Positions 13,101 through 25,281 of a DNA stretch of 64,000 nucleotides are shown here, in pieces. Position 1 is the first letter of the stretch, and each line of letters begins with the position of its first letter. A program made the translations under genes and the position numbers. The notes under the pieces are model-generated. The model worked only from the letters and a program-made list of their open reading frames with translations, searched no databases and was not told where the DNA came from. The DNA is from Octopus bimaculoides (Eukaryota): NCBI RefSeq assembly GCF_001194135.2, contig NC_068984.1, forward strand, positions 137,057,323-137,121,322. The letters are read 5' to 3'.

Positions 13101-14281
13101 ACTGGTAAGGTTGATGCTATAAATGTTCCATTTAAACTGTTGCAATTCAAGTTGCAACAAGAGCAGAGAGAGATTTCTGCATGTGCATTTGTAAGTCTTG
13201 CGGTTTTGGTTATCAATTCATCTATCATCATCATCGTTTAACGTCCGCTTTCCATGCTAGCATGGGTTGGACAATTTGACTGAGGACTGGTGGAGCCCGA
13301 AGGCTACACCAGGCTCCAATCTGATTTGGCAGAGTTTCTACAGCTGGATGCCCTTCCTAACGCCAACCACTCTGAGAGTGTAGTAGGTGCTTTTACGTGT
13401 CACCCACACAAAGGCCAGTCAGGCAATACTGGCAACGGCCATGCTCAAAATGGTGTATTTTATGTGCCACCCACACAAGAGCCAGTCCAGGGGCACTGGC
13501 AACGATCTCACTCGAAAGTTCTTACACATGCTGCGGGCACAAGTGCCAGAAAGGCGACGCTGGGCACAGGTGCCATCCCAATTTCACTTTTGCTTGCCTC
13601 AATAAGTCTATGATACATGTTTCCCAAGGCACCTATTATTATTACATTTGTTGCTATCAATGTTCTACGAAGGGCAGGATGTCGGGGTTAGTGCGGGGCC
13701 TCAAACACTGGACATAACCTGAGTGATGGGGAGGAGGAGACACATGTGGGTCACAAGTGCTTGAATATATTTATAAAACAGGTTTCTTTCAGTCTCCATC
13801 AACCAAATCCACTCACAAGGCTTTGGTCAACCCGAGGCTATAGTAGAACACACTTGCCCAAGGTACTCCACATTGGAATTGAACCTGAAACCTTGTAGTT
13901 GCAAAACAAGCTTCTTAACCACATAGCCATGCAAGCACCTATATGTAAGAACAAAAATTTTTTTTTTTTTCCCTTTTTATTTAATATTTTCCACTTTTTT
14001 CTTTTTTTTTTTTTCCTTATTTAAGATAACATAGTCCAGGTGGAGGTATTTGAATCATCAGCACTTCGGCTGGCAGATCAAAATCCTATCGAACTTGGCA
14101 ATCTCTGACACTTAAAAGTTTCGCAACACAACAGATATTACATGCGGCCTTTTTTATTCAAAAGATTACTTTATTAGCGAATGTACTTCCATTTAATGTA
14201 CTCCCTTTCTGCCTTTTACCGAACATTAATACCCCACATATCAACAATGCCATTGTTACAGGCACCACCACCACCACTACC

Positions 14282-14344
<63 letters not shown>

Positions 14345-14778
14345 ACCAACATGGAAGATGAAATCTCTCAAGAGAATCACTCAGAAACAAAAAAAAATAA
14401 ATAAATAAATAACTAAACTGAATATACATATACAGCAGACATACTTGGTTTTAAATATCATTCATTGATATCAATGCCACCACTACCACTACTACTACTG
14501 CTGCTACTACTACTACTACTACTACTACGACTACTGCTGCTGCTGCTACTGCTACTACTATTATTACTATAATAATAATAATGCTGATAATCACTCACAT
14601 GACCAGCATGTTTATCATAAACACTATCATAAGCAGCATTATTGTTGATGTTGTTGTTGTTATAAACAAGAACGGCGGCAACAACAACAACAAGTATTTC
14701 TTCAGTAGCAGAAATATCAATATTTCCTTTAAATACATAGTTTCATGCAAAACAAACCACAGGCTATGTATTTTAGAT

Positions 14779-14834
<56 letters not shown>

Positions 14835-15044
14835 TTTCTCCTTCTCAGTTGTTGTAATTGTTGTTTTTATATATTTGTGTTGTTTTGTCATCTTTTTTTT
14901 TTGTTTCGTTGGTTTGTTTGTTTGTTTGTTTTGCTTTTGTTGTTGTTGCAGTTGTTGTTGTTTTTCTGATATTCTCTTCTGCGGAGTTTATTTGTCTTCA
15001 GGAAACAGAAATTTCTCAATTGTTTTTATATTTATATTATTTAT

Positions 15045-15091
<47 letters not shown>

Positions 15092-17149
15092 TATAGGTAT
15101 GTATGTATGTATGTATGTATGTATGTATGTATACATATAAGTATATATGTATACATGTATGTATGTATATATATATGTATGTACGTACATATATGTATCT
15201 ATGTATATATCTATATATATACATACATATGTATGTAAACATATATGTATGTATGTGCATGTATGATTGTGTGTGCGTGTGCATGTGTGTGTGTGTGTGT
15301 GTTCTTATGTATGCAAGTATGCCTTTGTTTATAAAGTTAACATTATGTTGCTGATGTTGTTGCAATTCTTGTTGTTGTTGTTGTTACTCTTTTCACTGAA
15401 AGCTGACAATTTAGCAAACATTTATATCATAACTGTTCTTGTTGCAAAACATACAGAGATACCCATTTAAAAAATAGCCCATGGGTAAATTGGCTGAAAA
15501 TTACAGTAAAATGATTTAACATTGCTGAATTTTCAATGCAACATGAGTTTGAACAGAGATGCCTAACAATTTATCATCCACCAAAACAACAATACTTCTT
15601 GTTTTATGAATGAGGATGTTGTAGATATCTTTTCTCCTTCACTCCATCTTTCTATCTCTCTCTCTCTCTCTCTCTCTCACATTTTTTGTTCTTCTTTCCT
15701 TTTAACACTTTTGTAGTTGGAATTTTTGTATATCTATATTTTGCAGCATTTCTGTGGAAAGAGGAACAGCAAAAAGGAGAATGCTTTCCAATAATTAAAG
15801 AGGGGAGAGAAGGGGGGAAGGAACAAAATAGAGCGTAGGCAGGACAATATGAAATTAAGGAACGGCTTTTGAGACCAGCACAAGTAAGTGTTGAAAGCAA
15901 CCGGGATAACAATGAGCATAAATTTAATGTATTTACACAGCGGCGATAACTGACTGTGGGTATATGAGTAAGCAGTAACGTGTGATAAAAGTAAAATATA
16001 TCACAATGGGATGGCAGAGAATTATATATAAAAAAAAACAAAAGGAAAATATCATCATCGCTATCACCATCATCATCATCGTTAAATATATGCTTTTCCA
16101 TGCTGGCATGGGTTGGACAGTACAAGAGGAGCTGGCAAGCTAAAGGACTGTGCCAAGTTCACGTGTATGCTTTGACATAGTTTCTGTGGCTGGATACTTT
16201 TCCTACAGCCAACCACTTTACAGAGTGTACTGGGTGGTTTTTAAATGGCACCAATGAGATCGAATAATTTGAAAGACAAGCCATCTTAACTCAGCAGGGA
16301 AGTAATATTAAGAGGGGTGGCTTGGTACCAGGTGATGAGAGGCTGAAATATGACAGAGGGGCAGAAATACGATACAAAAAATTAAGATCAGGCTGGAAAA
16401 TGTTGGAGCAGGGCGTGGGGGGCCTTTTGCAGATTACAAACATGATAAAGATGTATTGAAAGATATATGATTGCGAAACCTTTAAAATCGTGTCATTATG
16501 GAAAAGCCAGGAGCAAAAGAAACAACAACAATAATAGTCCTGAGAGATGATAATGTGCTTTTTAAAGAAATGAAGAAATTATCCAAATATAAAGATCTAT
16601 CAAATGAGATAACTAGAATGTGGGATTTGAAAACAGCAACAAACATAATAATAATAGGTGCTTTGAGAATCATTAAAAAACATGTAGATGGATAGATACC
16701 CAAAACCCAAGAACTTACAAATGCACATGCAGAAAATAACTCTTGTATCTGCCATAAGCATTTTACATAGAGCACTTTCAATACAATAGATAACACAAAA
16801 GCAAAACAAAACATTACACATTTCCAAGGCACTTGGAGCTGTACTTTATGTATTGCAGTGAAAATGAGCAGGCAATAAAAATATGATAAATGAATAATAG
16901 TTTCAAACATAAGCACAAGGCAAGTAATTTTGGGGCTGGAATGGTGAATTATATCACTCTCTGTTGACTTCAGCATAATTTGAACTCAGTACATATAAGA
17001 CTGTAATAAAATACTGCGAAGCATTTTATCTGCCACTTTGATAATTCAGCCAATCTAGATTTTTAACATAGGAACAAGCCTGCAAATTTTGGGCAGTGAG
17101 TGTAAATGATTAATTCAACATCAGTACTTGACTGGCATTTGTTTTATTA

Positions 17150-17210
<61 letters not shown>

Positions 17211-20200
17211 GAAATTGAAAGTGACTTTAGCAAGATTTCAAATCAGAATGTAAAAGAAAGCAATTCGGGCATTTTGCCTGTCATTCTGCCTGATGCTTCC
17301 ATTCACCACCCCTTTATAATGATAATGATAGTGACAGTGATGATGATGTATTATTGGGATATTTTGACAAGAACCCTCCACAAAAATATTCCTTCGCTGC
17401 AAAGGAAAAGAGAGCCAAGTTGCTACGATGTAATTTTGGCAATATAATATAAGGCTTTCGAGAAAAGGTCACAGATGATAGAGAATGTTAGAATATCTAG
17501 GCAGTTGTATCCTAAAAGTTGAGAGTAGACTGTGACAAGCAAGGATGATGGGGTTGTGCTATTGTTTTACTTTGAATGCAATAGTGTGTCTGTAATTACA
17601 ATAAATACCTATTTAGCTGCATAACTGGATTGATAAAGCACTATAATTCCAAGTACAGAATGCAACAGTTTCCAGTCTAGCTGACAGTTTTTCAACTTAC
17701 AGATAGACACCTGTCATTTTGTCGGTAATAAGCTTATATATCATTTTGTAAGTACAATTTATTCTCTTCGATCTCCTTTTATACACATAGTTTTACATTT
17801 TCAAGTTGAAGTTTACAATGGATAGTTCTGGAAACTGGAAATATTTTTATAAAATTCTACATAAAAATATATTTGTTAAATTCTTTTTTTTTCCTTTTTG
17901 TCTTCAGTTCTTTTCACAAGCTAAAATTATACAATTTTTCTTTGTCTTTTTTTTTTGTAACAAAATTGAAAATTTACACCCTGTATCTAGTATTCCAAAT
18001 ATAATAAAAACACTCAATAAAAATAAAATTAAAGCAAGCAAAGTTAGTAAAATGATATTTAAAAAGAAAACAAAAAAATTGTTTTTGCTAAGGACTAAAA
18101 AAAAATTGCTTTAAAATTTTATAATAAACAGTTTACAAGGTACTGTTCTGCAGACCTGTCTAATCTATTCTGATGCGAGGGAAAATATTTTTAAAACTAC
18201 CAGCGAATATGATGATTGACAATAATTATAATTACACTATTTAAACATCATATTTATCACATAGCCTCTGACATTACAACGAACTAAAAATAATTAATGC
18301 AATGACTTTTAATGGCTGTTGCAAATCTTACACAAATAAAAATAAAATACTGTAGTTACAAGAAATCCATGATACTTGGTAAATGAATGGTTAAATATTA
18401 GACTACAGATTCAAATTATGCTTTGGTATTTCTAAAATTTTTACTTTTTTTCTAAGTCAGATAAACTGATTGATTGAAAATAAAATTTGGCACAGGGGAA
18501 TGTCAAAGGAATATGTGAAAATAACAGGAAAAAACACAAATAATGGGTGCAGTCATGCCCATCCCTTCATCAGTTGTCAATCAAATATCATCACAATTTT
18601 GACACTTTCTGATATTGTTCAGTCTGACAGCCTGAGCAACATAAGCTGCTGGGATATAAATGAGTGGACGTGCTAGATGGACAAAAGCAGAAGAAAAAAT
18701 GAAATAAATAAAATAATAAGAAAAGTCAAAGTGTGAGACTGAATAGTAAAAAAGACAAGTTATGAAGAGAACAGAAGTAATTATGTAAACAAAAGAAAGA
18801 AACAAGCAAGGACAGTAAGAACAAACACATATATGATAAACACCACAGACTGGGGGAAACCTGGAGACTTTCACACCTGAAGTAAAAGTTGGGTATTTTA
18901 TAAATCATTGCAAAGTGCAGTTCTATATTTAAGAGGTGAGGAAATATGTTCATTATTTACATTATTTACATTTGACGGATATTTGTCCTCATCTTGTTTG
19001 TTGTTAACACAACATTTTGGCTGATATACCCTCCAGCCTTCATCTGGTGTCTTGGGGGAAATTTTGAACCTGGGTTCTCATTCCTAAGGTATTTTTCGAT
19101 GTTCTTGTTATTATTATTATTATTATTATTCAGGTCACTGCCTGGAATCAAACTCGGAATCTTGGGGTTAACCACTACACCCATGGGCATATGGTGTAGT
19201 GGTTAAGAGCGCAGGCTACTNNNNNNNNNNNNNNNNNNNNNNNNNNNNNNNNNNNNNNNNNNNNNNNNNNNNNNNNNNNNNNNNNNNNNNNNNNNNNNNN
19301 NNNNNNNNNNNNNNNNNNNNNNNNNNNNNNNNNNNNNNNNNNNNNNNNNNNNNNNNNNNNNNNNNNNNNNNNNNNNNNNNNNNNNNNNNNNNNNNNNNNN
19401 NNNNNNNNNNNNNNNNNNNNNNNNNNNNNNNNNNNNNNNNNNNNNNNNNNNNNNNNNNNNNNNNNNNNNNNNNNNNNNNNNNNNNNNNNNNNNNNNNNNN
19501 NNNNNNTGGCATATTACCAGCCAATGTACGCCACTAGCCCAGAAGGAATATAAGAGATGCCACGACAATATAGCCAGGCTTATCCATTGGACACTTTGCA
19601 ACAAGTATGGACTTGACAGAGCAAAAAATTGGTACGACCATGAACCTGAAGGCATCGTTGAAAATAGAAATGCAAAGATCCTATGGGATTTTATGATTCA
19701 GTGCGACCATGAGATAGAGAATAGGAAGCTGGACATAGTCTTAATTGAGAAAGAAAACAAACTATGCTGGATCATAGATATAGCATGTCTAGCTGACAAC
19801 AAGATATGTGATAAGGAAGAAAGAAAAGTCGAGAGATATGATAGATTAGCTTGGGAAGTTAAGCAGTTGTGGTTGCTGAAAAAGGTAGCAGTAGTACCAA
19901 TAATTGTCGGAGCCCTGGGAACAGTAAGCAAAAATCTCGAGAAGTACGTGGAACAAATAGGGGCTGCAATAAGGGTGGAGCACTTACAGAAAACAGCACT
20001 GTTTGGAACCGCTCGAATACTCCAAAAGGTGCTCGAAAAACAAGAGGTGTTACCTTAGTTCACTGGTAGTGAACAGCTGATACTGTAGTACATCTCCAGC
20101 ATTAGAAACTGTACAAAGGCAATAATAATAATAATTATACAATGGAGGACATGCTAGACTATTTCACGTCTGTAACGCAAACACAGTCATGATGGTATTT

Positions 20201-23200
20201 TAGCCGAAAGTTGTAAGTCAACTTGCATGTCACACACGAAATCATTTAGTGCTTAACACTTACAGTAACTAAATTTCCTAAACCTGTAATCTATTTGAAC
20301 AATCCGAGAGTTTAACATGTCCATGCTGACAATCGATAATAAATGTTCAAATAGATTTGGTAAAAAGAAAAATACAGAAAATTATTTGAATTATTTGCTA
20401 CTCACCTTTCACTTTCTCCAGAACATCACTTCTAATTACACTGATAGCTTCATCTCGTGATATCTAAAACAATGTTTAAAAACTTCAATTAATTATTGAT
20501 ACAGTTGAATAATATAATATTTAACTATGAAGGAGCTTCTATGCAGTTGTTGGACCTGCTACAAACAACAGACAAATCTCCTTCAAATTACACCCTACTG
20601 CCTACGATGAGGTAAGACATAATCTTCTACTATAATAATACTCTTGTGTTTTGCTCTGTCACAACATATGAATGAGAAAGGAGGGGGGGGATTGATGAAT
20701 AAGGAAGGAAGGGGTGATGGCAAACTGGTACTCTGTGTGAGTATATGTGTGTGTAAAAGGGAGGTATGTGAATGTTTGTGTGTGTGTGTTTGTGCAATGG
20801 AAGTGGGATGGTGAGCATACAAAGCTCAAAAGAATAATCAAACAGCGTTTCAACTCTGTGTGAGTATATGTGTGTATGTATGTGCATGTACAAGGGAAGT
20901 ATGTGAACGCTTGTATGTGTGAACCAGCGTTCTTTCAGTAACAAATGATTGATGTCACATCTCAAAAGACAACCACTAGATAACATTGGTAAGTGTATTA
21001 ATTTGATTTGCCATCCATATTTTTATATAAAATACTACAATTAGCCATCATTTTTGACAGTACGGGATCAGCTAGTAAATAATATAATTTTCAATATCAC
21101 CACCGTAACATAAACTTTTCTGTGGTTGCATATGTCGGATGGAGTTTAATGAGGCAAATTTTCTGTGACCAGATGCCTTTCCAATTGCCAACCCTCACTT
21201 GTTTCCAAGCAACATAATGCTCCCTCATTTACAACTAGCATGTGATATCAAGTTAAGAAGGCACAAACATACACACACATCATCCTCATTATCAGTTAAT
21301 GTTTGTTTTCCATGCTGGCATGGGTTGGACGGTTTAACCAAAAATGGTAAGCTGGGGAGCTGCATCATCATCATCATCATCCAGTCCTTTACATTACGTT
21401 AACTGGGGAGGTCTTTTACGTTAACTGGGGTGGCCAGATCTACTTCAATGCCATAGCAACCAAGCTTTGGGCTGGTTGGTGCCCATTCTCTTTTGCTATC
21501 ATGAGGTTTTTCTAGAGCTGGATTTTCTACGGGGAGCATGCCCTTGCTTACCTCCAACCTCAGTTTCTAGACACTTGACTGTGGCCATGCTGGAGCACCA
21601 CCTTTAGTCGAGCAAATCGACCCCAGGACTTATTCTTTGTAAGCCGGGTACTTATTCTATCGGTCTCTTTTGCCGAACTGATAAGTTACGGGGACGTAAA
21701 CACACCAGCATCGGTTNNNNNNNNNNATATAAATATATATATATAAATATATATATATACATATATACGACAGGCTTCTTTCAGTTTCCGTCAACCAAAT
21801 CCACTCACAAGGCTTTGGTCAGCGCGAGGCTATAGTAGAAGACACTTGCTCAAGGTGCCACGCAGTGGGACTGAACCCGGAACCATGTGGTTGGTATGCA
21901 AGCTACTTACCACACAACCACTCCTGCGTCTATATATATATATATTTCTTTCAGCCACTTCTAAACTCTTCTTTGTTTTCTATCATTAAAAATAAATTTT
22001 AAGAAATTCTCACTGACGTGATTTGCAAAGCAACTTGTTATTTAAGTTGCTTTCAAAATTTGATGAATGCAAAGACACTAGAATTTCTTTTCAATGTCGT
22101 TTCGTAAATCAACACCAACAATTTCTGTCTGCCAAAGAATCTTATCAAACGGACAAATTCCTTCATATGATAATAATCAAGTAATGTACATTAAAAAATG
22201 CTAATTTATTAAACGTTCTGTCAAAGATAACATAAAAATTTACAGGAAGTATGGAAAATAAAAGAAAAGACATATTTGCAACTGTGATATCAAGATGTTA
22301 ACTTGCAAAATTTGACTGCTAAATATGTTCTCTTTCATCAGAATATTCAGTACATTTTTGCATGATGTACAGAAGAATTATATATTATTTAAGAAATTAT
22401 GCATGCAGAACACACGCATGTATGTATGTATATGCAAGAAGAATAAGTATGCATATGCATATGTTTGTGTGTGTGTGTGTGTGCGTGTGTGTGTACCTTT
22501 CCTTCATTGGACACTAAACTCTGCTTGCGAAGACCTGTTGAGGCAAGTGNNNNNNNNNNTGTGTACCTTTCCTTCATTGGACACTAAACTCTGCTTGCGA
22601 AGACCTGTTGAGGCAAGTGAAATCGAAACTGAACCAAATTCGATGACTAGCACCCATGCCAACCTCTCCTTCATTGGCTTGACTGGCCTTCGTGTCAGTG
22701 GCACGTAAAAGCACCCATTCTTCTATTTAGTAAAACTGTAGAAATAGAATTAGAGAAACTCTGCCAAATCAGACTGGAGCCTGGTGTTGCCATCCGGTTT
22801 CACCAGTCCTCAGTCAAATCGTCCAACCCATGCTAGCATGGAAAGCGGACGTTAAACGATGATGATGATGATGATGAAGTAAAGCAGTGTGGTATACTTA
22901 TAATGAAAAGAAGGAAGCTAGTGTTTCTTGATGGTAAAGTAATGAAAAACATTGAAAAGATTGGATACAAGTGTTTGGGAGAACACTGGAACCTTGCCAA
23001 AGAGCAAAATGATTGAAATAGAGAAACTATTTGGAAAAGAATACTAAGCCAGAGAGGAAGATGATGTGGAGGACATCAAATTACATGTACTAATCGCCAT
23101 CATCATTTTACATCCACTTTTCCATGCTGTCATGGGTTAGATGTGTCTCAGTGTCCCACTACCCTTCACAGCTCACAACATCTGGTGGACATCGTCGTCG

Positions 23201-25237
23201 TCGTTTAACGTCCGCTTTCCATGCTAGCATGGGTTGGATGATTTGACTGAGGACTGGTGAAACCGGATGGCTACACCAGGCTCCAATCTGATTTGGCAGA
23301 GTTTCTACAGTTGGATGCCCTTCCTAATGCCAACCACTCAGAGAGTGTAGTGGGTGCTTTTACGTGTCACCCGCACGAAGGCCAGTCAGGCGGTACTGGC
23401 AACGGCCACGCTCATCTCGCTCGAGAAACCTCTTGTGTCACCCGCACAAGAGCCAGTCCAGGGGCACCGGCAATGATCTCGCTCGAAAATCCTACAACAA
23501 CCCCACACAAGAGCCAGTCCAGGGGCACCGGCAACGATCTCGCTCGAAGAAATTTCATGTAATTGAATAAACCAGAAGATTTTGTTATCGCACATGTACT
23601 ATAATGTGGGCTGGGTGCATTTCACTGTGTCACTGGTATTCCCAATTCTATATCAGATTTTGCTCAGATTCATTGATCACCTAAGTAGAGAGACACCAAA
23701 TACCGACAGTGGATTTTAAATTGTGTCTCATGGGTTGGAAACCCAATCTATTATTATCTAGCTATTTTGCATCTATATTTAAATAACCAGTTCAGAGTTA
23801 AACTTGCTTTAGAACTGTGTCCTAATTAAGCACACTTGATAATGAAAGGTGTCAACATAAAGTTTTAAGTAAATAATACAGAAGACAAGGGAACAACGTT
23901 AAGTATTTTCACAAAGTCCGACTAATTGCATTTCAGAAAGTGATATTATTGTGCAGCTAAGCACAATTAATTCATTTGGCTCACTCTGAGCAGAAACAAT
24001 TAGATGCTATTGAATAACTTGGCAAACAACTAGATTGCTATACGGTGGTGGCACTGGTAGAGAAGATGGTGATGACGATGACAACAATAAGTGATAGTGA
24101 GGATCATGACATTGATTATAATGACAATAATAACAATGTTTATAACTAAGGTGATGATGCTGATGTTGGCAAGAGTGATGAAGAAAGGAGGTAAGCTAAA
24201 GATGGTGAAAATTATATGGATGATAATGATGACGAAATTTAGGTATGAGAACCTTCCCAAAGGTCAGGCTGATCAACACCTGATTGCAAATGATGACAAC
24301 TCAAATGAGCATTTTAAGGAGTTTACTACAAAGTGTTAAACTGCAGCATATGATGACTGACCAATGGACTAGGGCTCTTCAGCTAAAACAATGTGATATG
24401 TCAATACAAAATCCTTATTCCTTATATATAGCATCAATAGTGACAAGCTGGCAAACTCTTCCACCAAACCTTAGTCGCAATTTATGTTCCTAACACTAGC
24501 TTAATGATAACGAAGTTATTTTACTAAATTCTTTGTTATATTTAAAATTAACTGAAAGAAACGCAGAGCATCTATCAAAATAAATACAGAAACGAAAGGG
24601 TTAACAAGCAATAGTAATTTTTTCCTGTGTCCTTTTTCTTGATGCTATGGGTTAATGTAGTTCTAAGGGTGATTCAGGGTAACATAGAATGTGACAAGGC
24701 TGGCCCTTTGAATTACAGGTACTAGTCATGTTGGTCAACTGAGTGGACTGGAGCAATGTGAGATAAAGTGTGTTGCTCAAGGATGCAATGCCCTGCTGGA
24801 AATTGAACTCACAACCTCACAATTGTGAGCTGAATACCCTAACCACTAAGCCCAGCACCTTCACTCTAAGTGTTAATTATAGAACAGTTGGAGGATAAGA
24901 AAAACGGATAAAGATGGTAAAAAAAAGAGTTAATACAATTTAGGTATAAAAAAGGTTAAACAATAAAATGACAATTATATGAAGAACATCAGTTTAAAAA
25001 GTAATAAAATTTCAATTTAAGATAATTATTGGGAGTCGAGATAATTGTTACAAATTACAGAATGTACAACTCAGAGAATGGAGAAATTAGCTTTCAAAAC
25101 TATAATGAAATCAGGAGTTAATGAAAGGTTGATGAAACAGAACATACATGTATAGATATATTCCCTCTACATATTATTACTAAAATACAATAAAGTGAAA
25201 AAGACTATGTGACTATACCTCAAGCTAGGACAGTAAG

Positions 25238-25281
<44 letters not shown>

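Noticed and set aside
18540-18575. Minus-strand CTGATGA followed by a small hairpin
   Set aside because: No GAAA or stem III downstream.
22489-22618. ~60-bp exact duplication either side of a 10-N gap
   Set aside because: Same assembly-overlap artefact.
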